DNA from: Bacilli bacterium
GTDB taxonomy: Bacteria > Bacillota_I > Bacilli_A > RF39 > UBA660
Length of the DNA: 64,000 nt
NCBI GenBank assembly: GCA_022791775.1
Contig: JAAVZT010000033.1
Span: 8,356 to 72,355 of the forward strand
Direction of reading: 5' to 3'
This document shows, in pieces, positions 9,791 to 19,558 of the stretch. The notes under the pieces are model-generated. The model saw nothing but the letters and a program-made list of their open reading frames with translations, was not told the origin of the DNA and searched no databases. The position numbers and the translations under genes were made by a program. How positions within the stretch are numbered: the stretch's first letter is position 1; each line of letters begins with the position of its first letter.

Positions 9791-12244
9791 CTAATTTAAA
9801 AGACCACTTTGAAATTTAGAAACAAAGTCAGGAGTTTGATGTGTCTCATAATAACCATTCATTCGAATAATCGTATAATTGTAACTCGAAGAAGACACTT
9901 TTGAACGATTACTAATTCGTAAACCACCATTTTTTCCAGATGCTTCTGCTGTTTTTAACATATTAGAAGCTGGATCCACACTGATAATTAACTCGATATG
10001 ACCAGGATGATGTAATAAATCACCTGGTTTTATCTCTGCAAAATCAGCCTGTAACAAGGAAACATTTTGAACTCCAGCAAGATTTAAAAACGAAGAAGAA
10101 GTAGAAACAGAAGAAATCGATATTCCAGCATTTTTCATAGCCCATGCCACAAATGCAGAACAATCTGGACCATAAGCTGGATACATTCCGTATTTTGCAT
10201 AATAAAATGGTCCTTTGGTTCCCCAATCGGGATCTACGCCATAAAATGACCAAACAGAACGTCCAACACCATTTATTGCACTATGACCTCCACTATAATA
10301 ATAAGGCAAGCGAATTTGATATTGTGTCGCTAACGTATCCACAAGTCCAAGCGCCGCTCCTACAACTCCATTCGCCGTTCCCACACCAGATTGTAATACG
10401 CGATCCAAAATAATTTGATTTAAATCGGCGACACTAGAACCATGTGCTAATAAAAATTTCGATAACGGTTCATGAAGTTCTGTTGTACCTTGTGTAGAAG
10501 AAGTTGATCCATCCGTATTAGCAGAACTGTAATAAATAGATTTCAAAACAATATCATTGCCATAATAATAGTTTAATATGTTTTGATAAGAAAAACCTTC
10601 TACACTAGCCAAATATAACATTCCATATTGGCTCATTCCCCGACCATGACCCCCATCACGATACTTTCCATTCGCATAACAAGAACTAGGTGCACCAGCA
10701 GAGTTATTACAAGGACAATTTTTATAAGTTGAACTATGAATATTAGCTTCTACCCAAGAAGTAGGAATTTGCTGACCACCATTTCCATATTCTCCCTGTA
10801 ACATAGTATAATAATTACTGTCCTTACTGGCAAAACAAAATGCATCATATTCTGTTCGTTTTATCGTACTTCCATTCGTAACAACAATTCCTTTTGTTTG
10901 CATAACAGCATCCGCAATTAAGGCATCTGCATTTCGATCACTTCGATCTTCTTCAGCCGTAAAAGTTTGGGTTGCAGTACTATTATTAATAGTACAATTA
11001 TTTCCTATATTAGCCAATACATAACTACGCGCTGCGACCGCCATTGCTTTATATGCTTCTAAATTATTCGCTCCACGAAATTCATGATAGACAACTCCCT
11101 TAACATAATCTTCGATACTTAAAGTAACGGCACTTCCACTTCCCTGTCCGCCTGATTCACTTGTCTTTGTCGTAGTCGTAATTTCCGTACATTTGGGAGC
11201 AATATACCCATATCCCCCCAAGCCAACATAATCAGAATGATTCTTCCCTTTTAACGATTCATCGGTACTCATTAAAACCCAATCTTGATCAGGATAAAAT
11301 AAACGAAAAATGGCATCATAACTTCTATTTTCAACAGTAGTTAAATAATAAGCCCCATAAATACTGATTCCGGTTCCACTTCCGCCATCAACATAAATAA
11401 GCTCTGGATTTTCTGATTCCGAATAATGCCAAGATGATTCATAACAGACATTTTCCTTTTTCGGAATGCTAGGATCTGGATTATTACATGCACAATTAGT
11501 AAAATAAAAGGATTTTACATGCTCTTGAACCCAAGAAGTAGGAAAAGCATAATCTAATTGAGCTAATGTATAATAACTATCTAGTTCATTTTGCTCATCC
11601 TCCACAACCTGATTATAACAAAAGCCATCTAAAGAAGTTTGATAATATTGCTTCGTATTTTTATCTACCATCACCAAATCTTTTACATTTTGAATAGCTT
11701 GTTCTATTTCTAAATATTTTTCATGATCCATCGCCAAGATTTCAAACTCATAAATATCATCTACCTCAGGATCATATCGTTTACTACAAACACCAGTTAA
11801 TTGAACTTCTGTATTAACCACAATCGCTAAAGTCTGATATAATTTTGCATTAGCTTCTTCCATCTCTTTCGTAGCAGAATATATATGACTAATGATATAT
11901 TGTTCTAAACTAAGACTTTCTGGACCTTCTTCATCATCTAAAGTTACCATCATCGTTTTACATCTAGGAGCAATGTATTCAAATTGATTACTTACCCCAC
12001 CATAAAACAAAATCAAAACAATAATGAAAAAAAGAAAGAACCCAACAAGCATTAAAATAATAGGAAAAGCAACGGGATTTTTTACTATCACATTTGGGAG
12101 AAGTACCCATTTTCGAGAAGAGGAAACTTCATTAGAATGTGTTTCATGAGTAGAATCAAAATCATTTGTATCCGATTCATCTCTACTTTCTTGGGATTCT
12201 TTATCTAATTTAAAATCTTCTTCTTTTGTAGATTCATATTCCAT
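9791..12244 (-). CDS. bifunctional cell-wall hydrolase (SpoIID/LytB-like lytic domain plus C-terminal NlpC/P60 peptidase), VirB1/CwlT-like
   Basis: Acidic cytoplasmic N-terminus and one TM. SpoIID/LytB-like motifs (YHEFRGANNLEAYKAMAVAARSYVL; GGHGRGMSQYGMLYLA), with a partially duplicated upstream copy (NCACNN vs NCPCNN; DGGSGTG vs DGGHGRG). C-terminal NlpC/P60 Cys-His (DCSAFVAWAMKNAGI ... HHPGHIELII). Confidence 0.8.
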   Translation of the reverse strand: MEYESTKEEDFKLDKESQESRDESDTNDFDSTHETHSNEVSSSRKWVLLPNVIVKNPVAFPIILMLVGFFLFFIIVLILFYGGVSNQFEYIAPRCKTMMVTLDDEEGPESLSLEQYIISHIYSATKEMEEANAKLYQTLAIVVNTEVQLTGVCSKRYDPEVDDIYEFEILAMDHEKYLEIEQAIQNVKDLVMVDKNTKQYYQTSLDGFCYNQVVEDEQNELDSYYTLAQLDYAFPTSWVQEHVKSFYFTNCACNNPDPSIPKKENVCYESSWHYSESENPELIYVDGGSGTGISIYGAYYLTTVENRSYDAIFRLFYPDQDWVLMSTDESLKGKNHSDYVGLGGYGYIAPKCTEITTTTKTSESGGQGSGSAVTLSIEDYVKGVVYHEFRGANNLEAYKAMAVAARSYVLANIGNNCTINNSTATQTFTAEEDRSDRNADALIADAVMQTKGIVVTNGSTIKRTEYDAFCFASKDSNYYTMLQGEYGNGGQQIPTSWVEANIHSSTYKNCPCNNSAGAPSSCYANGKYRDGGHGRGMSQYGMLYLASVEGFSYQNILNYYYGNDIVLKSIYYSSANTDGSTSSTQGTTELHEPLSKFLLAHGSSVADLNQIILDRVLQSGVGTANGVVGAALGLVDTLATQYQIRLPYYYSGGHSAINGVGRSVWSFYGVDPDWGTKGPFYYAKYGMYPAYGPDCSAFVAWAMKNAGISISSVSTSSSFLNLAGVQNVSLLQADFAEIKPGDLLHHPGHIELIISVDPASNMLKTAEASGKNGGLRISNRSKVSSSSYNYTIIRMNGYYETHQTPDFVSKFQSGLLN

Positions 12245-12311
12245 CTTCTCACCACCTAGCTAACACTTCACTTTTATTATAACAAAAGAAAAAACTGTTT
12301 AAAAGCAGTTT

Positions 12312-14096
12312 TTATAAACCTCCTCCAGAACCGAAGGAATCTAATTCTTCTTGTGTAACAATAATACGAATTCGCATCCGTCGATTTCCACAAACAAATA
12401 AAGCATCTCCCTGATTGTAATATTTAATACTATCTTTCTCACTATCATTCAAATCTATTAAACGAGATAAATCTTCAATTGCTTGTTTCTTTAAATTCAT
12501 AATCAAATAATAAGCTGCATTATCAAAAATAGCCTTTCCATGCGTAATTACATTAGGTGCAGCAAAATCAGTAGGTTGCTGTGTAATAATAATTGTTCCC
12601 GTATTGTATTTTCGACTTCGTCTTTGAATATTTGCCAAAAACTCTGCTCCAAGTTCATTTCTAGTAGACAATAATACATGAGCTTCATCTACACATAACA
12701 CAGTATTAATACTCGGATCCAAACAGAGACCCCAAGCATATTTTAAAATATTGAAAAAGAGAGCATTTTTAATATTTTCATCCGAATTCATAAGTTCTCG
12801 AATATTAAAGACTATAAAATCACTATCAATCTGTAAAGTCGTATGTCCAGTAAAATAATACCGTAATTCTTTTACAAGTGGACGAATCTTTAGTTCCAAA
12901 CGTTCCATTACATCACGTTCATGAGTTTTTTCCGTCATCGAAAGAAGTCGTCCTTTAATCGTTGCATAAACATCATCAAAAGTCGGATAATCAGCAGATG
13001 TAAATTGTGTGTAATCTGTATCAAAATCAATGCGATAACGTTTGTAAGTATCTTGTACAACTTCTGTAAACATCGTCAAAACATCTTCATCTATACTTGG
13101 AGAATAATACTTCATGAAAGCTTTTAATTGCTGTAAAGTACGTGTTAATACGGTATAGCCAAGCCCCTGACTAATTTCACCTTCATCTGCGTCAATAATA
13201 ATTTCTAAAGGGTTGATCATTCCAAACTCTCCACCCTTACCAAGATCTAAGAAATCTCCACCCATCATTCGGGTCATATCTTCTAGTTCTCCCTCAGGAT
13301 CAATACAGACGATTTTATACTCATTTCGAATATGAGTTCGTAACAATAATTTAGCTGTTGTTGATTTTCCACTACCACTTGTTCCAAGTAAAATAATATT
13401 GGCATTATTTCGGTTGCTTTCTTTTTTTATTTGATATAAAAACTGATTAAATAAAATAACGCCTCCCGAAAAATCCACTCCAAACAAAGCACTATTTCCA
13501 GGATCCTTAATACTATCAAAAATAAAAGGATACATAGCCGAAATAGTCACGCTTGGAATTGGTGTTCCCACTCGTTCTTCAATATCTTGTTTCGGAAAAA
13601 TTGGAATCATAGATTTTAACACTTTTTCCTGTTCAAACATCAAAGATACTCCGCGCATTCCAAGCGCATCTAAATAATTTCGCACTTGCATTTTACGCAA
13701 TTCTAATTCATCTTTCGTATCTGCTGAAATCATAATATGCAATTGAAAGTCAAAGATCTTAGCTTGCGTTGCAACTAACATGGAAATAAATTGATCTAAA
13801 GATTCATAATCCTGCCGGATTCGTTCTTGAATTGTTTTATCATGTTCCGTTTGATATCGAGTTTTTAAATCAGCTATTTCTTTATTAATCATTCGTTGCA
13901 AAGTTGATAATTCAATCGGGATATGTTTTGCAACAACTTTAACCCCAGAAATATTAGTTAAATTAGCTAAATAACCTGGTTGAATAAATTTGGGATAACT
14001 AACTATTGAAAAAATGGTACAATATTTTCCACTAATCATAAAATCCATAGGTTTAAATTCGATTCCCTTTGGAGCTAATTGACTTTTAATATTCAT
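12312..14096 (-). CDS. virB4: VirB4-family type IV secretion ATPase, C-terminal ATPase part
   Basis: Walker A LGTSGSGKSTTAK, Walker B VLCVDEAHVLL, and a CagE/TrbE/VirB4-like arrangement. At 594 aa it is shorter than a full VirB4; the upstream ORF supplies the N-terminal domain. Confidence 0.85.
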   Translation of the reverse strand: MNIKSQLAPKGIEFKPMDFMISGKYCTIFSIVSYPKFIQPGYLANLTNISGVKVVAKHIPIELSTLQRMINKEIADLKTRYQTEHDKTIQERIRQDYESLDQFISMLVATQAKIFDFQLHIMISADTKDELELRKMQVRNYLDALGMRGVSLMFEQEKVLKSMIPIFPKQDIEERVGTPIPSVTISAMYPFIFDSIKDPGNSALFGVDFSGGVILFNQFLYQIKKESNRNNANIILLGTSGSGKSTTAKLLLRTHIRNEYKIVCIDPEGELEDMTRMMGGDFLDLGKGGEFGMINPLEIIIDADEGEISQGLGYTVLTRTLQQLKAFMKYYSPSIDEDVLTMFTEVVQDTYKRYRIDFDTDYTQFTSADYPTFDDVYATIKGRLLSMTEKTHERDVMERLELKIRPLVKELRYYFTGHTTLQIDSDFIVFNIRELMNSDENIKNALFFNILKYAWGLCLDPSINTVLCVDEAHVLLSTRNELGAEFLANIQRRSRKYNTGTIIITQQPTDFAAPNVITHGKAIFDNAAYYLIMNLKKQAIEDLSRLIDLNDSEKDSIKYYNQGDALFVCGNRRMRIRIIVTQEELDSFGSGGGL

Positions 14097-14662
14097 TCTG
14101 GACTCACCATCCCACTAAATGTTGTTGCAACTCCCCCATTAAAGAAATTATCAATAATAATTCGTAAATCACTATTTGAAGTTTGTGTTGAATTTAATCC
14201 ACAATTAGCTAAATTACTAATCAAACTGTGAATTCGCTTCTGAACCACTTCCATTTTCTTTTCTTTAAATAAAATATAGTATTCTGTATCTACTACATTA
14301 TATTGAGCACTCATAAACATATTGGCTTTATTAATATCTTCTTGAATTAATTTTCTAGAAACATTCGTCTGTGCATTATTATATAAAATTTGAAGCTGTG
14401 AAAGATATACATTAATATCAACTGGTCGATCTGCAACAACTAACCAAAATTCATAATCGATAGAATTATAAAAATTTCGCAAATTATAAATCACATTATC
14501 TCGTGAACCCTGATCCATAATAAATATATTGCGTGGTTGAATCTTAATTCCAGTTACATACTCTTTATTATCGAGCTCAATCATACCATTCATAATTTGT
14601 TTGATCGGAATCCAATCTTCTGTCCATTTTGAAGCAAGTTCTTCTTTTTTATTTTTCGCCAT
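14093..14662 (-). CDS. VirB4 N-terminal domain encoded as a separate ORF (split virB4)
   Basis: 189-aa ORF whose TGA stop overlaps the ATG of the ATPase ORF (ATGA overlap). Together with that ORF it totals about 783 aa, typical for Gram-positive VirB4 (ConE/Orf16/TcpF-like). Confidence 0.55.
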   Translation of the reverse strand: MAKNKKEELASKWTEDWIPIKQIMNGMIELDNKEYVTGIKIQPRNIFIMDQGSRDNVIYNLRNFYNSIDYEFWLVVADRPVDINVYLSQLQILYNNAQTNVSRKLIQEDINKANMFMSAQYNVVDTEYYILFKEKKMEVVQKRIHSLISNLANCGLNSTQTSNSDLRIIIDNFFNGGVATTFSGMVSPE

Positions 14663-14960
14663 CTTTCATACACCAGCCTTTCCAATAATACCGTTTCCGA
14701 TTCATATAAAAGAGAAATATATTAGTCAAGAGTTGCATTACATTATGATAATTCGGAACGGGAACAACCAAAAAACCTGAAATAATAGCTGGAAGTAATA
14801 CTAAAAGTGCTGTTTGAAAATTCATCGATTGAAATATAAAAAGCAATATTAGCGTAACACTACATCCTACTCCAAATATGATTAAATCCAAATAGGTAAA
14901 GAAACCAAAAATAAGCTTTGATTTCTTTGTATTTGCTGGTATTAAATAATTCGTATTCAT
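14649..14960 (-). CDS. small two-TM membrane protein, VirB3-like position
   Basis: 103 aa with two hydrophobic helices, immediately upstream of virB4 as for VirB3/ConD/Orf17-type proteins. Confidence 0.4.
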   Translation of the reverse strand: MNTNYLIPANTKKSKLIFGFFTYLDLIIFGVGCSVTLILLFIFQSMNFQTALLVLLPAIISGFLVVPVPNYHNVMQLLTNIFLFYMNRKRYYWKGWCMKDGEK

Positions 14961-14978
14961 CTTTCACCCTTCTTAATT

Positions 14979-17435
14979 CTATTTTTTTCCACTATTTCCT
15001 TGATTACTCTGTCGCGCAGCTCGCGCTTCTTTTTTCCGTTCTACATCAGCAGCCAAACGATCGCGACTGGCTTTTAAATCTTTCATCGTATCATCTAATT
15101 GTTTTCCCGCGTCAGAAGAAAAATTAATTTTATTTTCACCAAATGATTCCATTTTATTATTAATTTTATCCATATTCGAACGAATAGTTAATAATTTACT
15201 ATCATCCGCAACAACATTTCCATTCGCATCTTTTTTGGTAAATCCAAGTTGAATTTGTAAGTCAGAATCATAAGCAGCAGATTGTAATTGCATCCAAGAA
15301 CTTTTTTCTATTTGAGCAATTGCACTTTGTAAATCGGCTACATCTTGGCTTCGCTTTAATACTGCTTTATCATACGCTTCTTGATTAAAATTACCAGCTG
15401 TATCTTTATAATCGTCCCGATTTAATGGTTGCTTTTGCATGGTTTCCATATAATTTCGCATCGAAGCAATACTATGAACTCGTAAATTCCCTTGTTCGTC
15501 TCTATATTGAAATTTTTCTTCAAACAAACGCTGATAAGTATTTACTTGTTCCGCACTGCCCTTCCATAACGATTTCATTTTATCGGGGGTGATCACTACT
15601 TGATCGTTATTGACATTACGTTCCAACAACTTCTTTGCTTCTTCATCAGCTGTATTTTGTAAAGTCAAGGTATCATTATAGAATTTTAATTTATTTTCCT
15701 CAGCTTCAAAGCCACCGCCAGCCCATTCTTTAACATTATCAAACATATCAATAATTTGCTGTCGTCCAACATTTCCAGGATGAGCAACCCGATAAGCCTC
15801 TCTTCGAGCTCTCGCTGATACAGTATCACTTGCAGCAGTTCGAGCTGACGAACGAACATCTGCTATATTTTTCGCACCTCGAGCTCGATATCCTCCTCGT
15901 ACAGCTCCTGAAAGCCCTCCAGCTCCAGTAGAAAGAATTCCTCGCCCAGTCTCTCTAGCAGCAGAGAAAATTCGTGAAGTAACAGATTCATCTGGTCTAT
16001 TCCACGCTGCGGCCACATTTTGAAATGCATTTGTTCCATTTCGAACTGCAGCAGTAACGCCTCCACCTATTAAAGCGGCAGCAGATAAAGCTCCACCAGC
16101 TGCTAATTTTGGCATAATTCCTAATTTCATATTACCAGAATCAATTCCTGTAATATCTGCAATTAATTTTGGAGCTTCTTTCACAAAGGCAATAACTCCC
16201 ATAATTAACACAACATTAACCCATAAACCTTGCCAAGTATTTAAATTCACATGAATATTGCTTAAAAAATAAACAGCCATATACATCAAGAAAACACGAA
16301 TAAATACTTCCATATAAGTAGCCAAAGTTTTCTTAAGCCATTTATCAAATTGCGCCCCTTTTCCAGGCATCGCTCTCATGAATATTGGAACGGGAGCAAT
16401 TAATTGTAAAAAAGCTAAACGTACTGAACGGATTCCTAAATCAATACAAAAAGAAGTTAACAAATAAATCATAACTAGGGCACATAATGAAGAAATAAGT
16501 GGCGTATAGGAAATTTCCACTGTTCCAGATCCATCTACACTTTTAGCACCTTCTTGTAAAACCTTAGCAAGAGAAATAATTTGGGTAAAATCTCCCGTAT
16601 TCATAATCGAAAAGCGAATATCATTCCAGCTATAATGAGAATAATCCAAAGCATTCCCTAACGAGTTCACTGTCGCTCCAGATACTCCACAAGCTACTGC
16701 AGCAACACCAAGGCCAGCACCAACTCCTGCTCCAAAGGTAAAAATCGTAATCCCTGCTCCAGCAGCACCTCCAGCAATACATCCAATCACAGAACCTACA
16801 TTAACATATCCATTCTTTGTGGTAAACTCACCTGCATCATATTGAAAATCTTGATTTTCTGGATTTAAAAAAGCATTTAATGAAGTAAGTGCCATCACAC
16901 GACCATATGAATTTACTTTTGATTCTGCTACTTCACTCGCCGTTAAAGTTTTCGTCGTTTCAGTATAATCTTTGCCATCTTCTGTATATTCTCGAACTGT
17001 AACATCCATCTCCTGAACTCCAAATAATAATGTACCAATTACATTATTATTTAGAATAAAATTTTGAAGTTTGCGAGAATAATCAAAAGCGGTTGGTAAC
17101 AGACCAATAATGACTAAAGAAACAACTAATTTAGAAGCTACTTTAGAAAAACTTTTATCTCCCTTTGTTAAATTATCAGGATTAATAATCACCTGCAACA
17201 ATTCATAAGCAAGGACAAAAAGCATGACAACTCCTAACACAACATAAACACGTTGCGCAAAATTATCATAAATTTCATTCGAAAAAATTTCTGTTTTTGC
17301 AACTGCCAAAAAAATCTCATAAAGCCAAGCAACGGCAGAATATAATGCTGAGTCAATCATTAAAAATAATTGTGACAATTTTTCGTCTAACCATAACCAA
17401 GAAATTAACATGCAACCACCCCTAACGTATTCCAC
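14979..17435 (-). CDS. VirB6-like polytopic membrane protein with long C-terminal coiled-coil extension (ConG/TcpH/Orf15-like)
   Basis: About 480 aa with at least 6 TM helices, then about 340 hydrophilic, charged, coiled-coil residues. Size and location fit Gram-positive VirB6 analogues. The true start may be the internal Met (MLISWLWL) at 17411. Confidence 0.6.
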   Translation of the reverse strand: MEYVRGGCMLISWLWLDEKLSQLFLMIDSALYSAVAWLYEIFLAVAKTEIFSNEIYDNFAQRVYVVLGVVMLFVLAYELLQVIINPDNLTKGDKSFSKVASKLVVSLVIIGLLPTAFDYSRKLQNFILNNNVIGTLLFGVQEMDVTVREYTEDGKDYTETTKTLTASEVAESKVNSYGRVMALTSLNAFLNPENQDFQYDAGEFTTKNGYVNVGSVIGCIAGGAAGAGITIFTFGAGVGAGLGVAAVACGVSGATVNSLGNALDYSHYSWNDIRFSIMNTGDFTQIISLAKVLQEGAKSVDGSGTVEISYTPLISSLCALVMIYLLTSFCIDLGIRSVRLAFLQLIAPVPIFMRAMPGKGAQFDKWLKKTLATYMEVFIRVFLMYMAVYFLSNIHVNLNTWQGLWVNVVLIMGVIAFVKEAPKLIADITGIDSGNMKLGIMPKLAAGGALSAAALIGGGVTAAVRNGTNAFQNVAAAWNRPDESVTSRIFSAARETGRGILSTGAGGLSGAVRGGYRARGAKNIADVRSSARTAASDTVSARARREAYRVAHPGNVGRQQIIDMFDNVKEWAGGGFEAEENKLKFYNDTLTLQNTADEEAKKLLERNVNNDQVVITPDKMKSLWKGSAEQVNTYQRLFEEKFQYRDEQGNLRVHSIASMRNYMETMQKQPLNRDDYKDTAGNFNQEAYDKAVLKRSQDVADLQSAIAQIEKSSWMQLQSAAYDSDLQIQLGFTKKDANGNVVADDSKLLTIRSNMDKINNKMESFGENKINFSSDAGKQLDDTMKDLKASRDRLAADVERKKEARAARQSNQGNSGKK

Positions 17436-17880
17436 AGGTATCTAAACCATAAAGCCCAAAAATTTCAAACAATAAATCCAAAATAAATGGTAATAAAAAG
17501 ACAACTATACCTGCTACTAAGCGTTTTACAAACCTTCCATTCGCTTTTTTAATTTCATCTGCATTTTGCGCCGAAATTGCCTTTACATAATCTATCGTAG
17601 ATAAAGCAAGAACTAAAGTAGGAGCCAAAAACTTAATGAGCGTAAAAATATCCTGTAAAAATTCTTGCATTTGTGCATCAAAAAGCGCTTCACAGCCTTC
17701 TGTTGGACCAGCAGGTACAATCGGATCCATATTTCCATATTCCAAATCAGAAGAACCAGTTATAGTTTCTGGTTCAAAATATTTTATCTCAAACCCATAA
17801 GAAAAACGCTCTTTCGCTTCTACACTTTGAAACAAAACAAACACACACAAAAGAAAAAATAAAATTTTAGAGTATTTCAT
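17422..17880 (-). CDS. pilin-like hairpin protein E (signal peptide, about 70-aa ectodomain, VirB2/TrbC-topology two-helix module)
   Basis: C-terminal module LAPTLVLALSTIDYVKAISAQNADEIKKANGRFVKRLVAGIVVFLLPFILDLLFEIF aligns with the four downstream paralogs. The tail ends in a Cys. Confidence 0.55.
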   Translation of the reverse strand: MKYSKILFFLLCVFVLFQSVEAKERFSYGFEIKYFEPETITGSSDLEYGNMDPIVPAGPTEGCEALFDAQMQEFLQDIFTLIKFLAPTLVLALSTIDYVKAISAQNADEIKKANGRFVKRLVAGIVVFLLPFILDLLFEIFGLYGLDTCGIR

Positions 17881-17981
17881 ATTGAACTCCCCTCTACGAC
17901 TGATTCGTAAGACAATTTTTCACACAATCATTATATCAACTTTCCATAAAAAAAACTAGCATTATTTAAATTTGCTAGTTT

Positions 17982-18440
17982 TTAACACTTATTAGGAGAA
18001 GTAATACATAAACTACACTTTTGATAATCAGATTCATATGGATTAAATCCATCTACTAATTGAAAAACCAAATGAATCAAAGTCGGTAAAAAGAAAATTA
18101 CAACTCCTGATATTGCTCGAAACATTAAAGTACGAATAGCTTTTTTCATTTCATCATCTTTAGAACCAATCACCGCTTTTGAAAAATCCCATACGCCAAA
18201 AACAATTAATAAAATAGGAACGACAATCTTAATAACCATAAAAATTCTTCCCAAAAACCGAAATGGCTTTAGAAAATGAGGATTCGAACAAGGCGAAGAA
18301 TAAATAGTATTATTTGATTCATCTCCCATTTCATCACCAAGTGCAATCATTTCATCTAAAGAATTAGACGTAGCATACACAGGCATAACCTCAATTCCTA
18401 ACAACACTAGTAAAACTAATAAAAATCGTATTTTTTTCAT
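17982..18440 (-). CDS. pilin-like hairpin protein D (about 150 aa)
   Basis: Signal peptide (MKKIRFLLVLLVLLG), short ectodomain, then VPILLIVFGVWDFSKAVIGSKDDEMKKAIRTLMFRAISGVVIFFLPTLIHLVFQLVDG...CSLCITSPNKC. Start trimmed to the signal-peptide Met. Confidence 0.6.
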   Translation of the reverse strand: MKKIRFLLVLLVLLGIEVMPVYATSNSLDEMIALGDEMGDESNNTIYSSPCSNPHFLKPFRFLGRIFMVIKIVVPILLIVFGVWDFSKAVIGSKDDEMKKAIRTLMFRAISGVVIFFLPTLIHLVFQLVDGFNPYESDYQKCSLCITSPNKC

Positions 18441-18444
18441 ATTA

Positions 18445-19548
18445 TCACTCACTTTTAATCGTACATTCATCTGGATCTAAAATACAGACCCTACAATTAT
18501 GATAACGCGCCATGGTTTCAGAATAACCGTCTAATACTCCAAACAAAAATTCAATCAACGACGGCATCATAAAAATTACTACACCTATCAAAAAACGTTT
18601 TACTAAAACCGATACTTGTTTTGGAACATCATCGCTTTTTCCACTTAACATAGCTTTTCCAAAATCAATACTTCCTAGAACAATGATAATGAAAGGTACA
18701 AAAACTTTAACAATAAAAAGTAAAATTCCTAAAAATTTTAACGTTCTTGCCACTCGTGGCTCATAACATAAACCAGCTAAATTAATATCTTCATTTCCTT
18801 TTGATTCATCATGAAAAGAAGTATTATGATTCGAAGAATTCGCGCGTTCCATTGTAAAATATACATCATTACCTACTTCTTTTACAAAAAGACTACTTTG
18901 TTCACAACTTTTCGCATCTCGATAAAAATTATTTCCAATATCTTCACTAAAATAGAATGAGCGACCAGAAAGCTCTACCGAATCTTCTAAAAAGCCTTCG
19001 GTCCGTTGTTCATCATATGTTAATTCAAATTTCTTGGCTCCATCAGCATCTAAAAAGAAACGAATTCGCGCATTTTTACCATGAACCATAATAGATCGAT
19101 TACAAAAACTTTCCGATTGAGTTTCATTCCGAACTAATTGTACCATTGGAGTAATCAAAATAGCCTCTTCTTGAGTCACTTGACAAATTTGTGAAGAAGT
19201 ATAAATATGATAAAAACGGCTTTTTGTATCACGACAATAATACAAATCAGGAGCCTGATTTAAATAACTACCATCTTTAAAACTAAATGCTAATACATCT
19301 TGATCAAACTGATCCATAGAATTACCCTTTCCATAATAATCAATTCGATTTACTCCTTCAAAAAGAGCCCCAGACTTATATTCTTTCACAATTGTTCCGT
19401 CACTATATAAATCTAACATAAAACTAAGATCCATTCCTTCTTCTTGAAAAGAATACTCAAATGTTGCTAACAAATCACTAGCATTTACAAAAGTAGGAAT
19501 GAAAAGGAAAAAAATAGACACAATGATTTGTAAAATCTTTAATTTCAT
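18445..19548 (-). CDS. pilin-like hairpin protein C with about 300-aa N-terminal ectodomain
   Basis: Signal peptide MKLKILQIIVSIFFLFIPTFVNA. C-terminus VPFIIIVLGSIDFGKAMLSGKSDDVPKQVSVLVKRFLIGVVIFMMPSLIEFLFGVLDG...CRVCILDPDEC. Confidence 0.6.
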   Translation of the reverse strand: MKLKILQIIVSIFFLFIPTFVNASDLLATFEYSFQEEGMDLSFMLDLYSDGTIVKEYKSGALFEGVNRIDYYGKGNSMDQFDQDVLAFSFKDGSYLNQAPDLYYCRDTKSRFYHIYTSSQICQVTQEEAILITPMVQLVRNETQSESFCNRSIMVHGKNARIRFFLDADGAKKFELTYDEQRTEGFLEDSVELSGRSFYFSEDIGNNFYRDAKSCEQSSLFVKEVGNDVYFTMERANSSNHNTSFHDESKGNEDINLAGLCYEPRVARTLKFLGILLFIVKVFVPFIIIVLGSIDFGKAMLSGKSDDVPKQVSVLVKRFLIGVVIFMMPSLIEFLFGVLDGYSETMARYHNCRVCILDPDECTIKSE

Positions 19549-19558
19549 AAGAATCACC

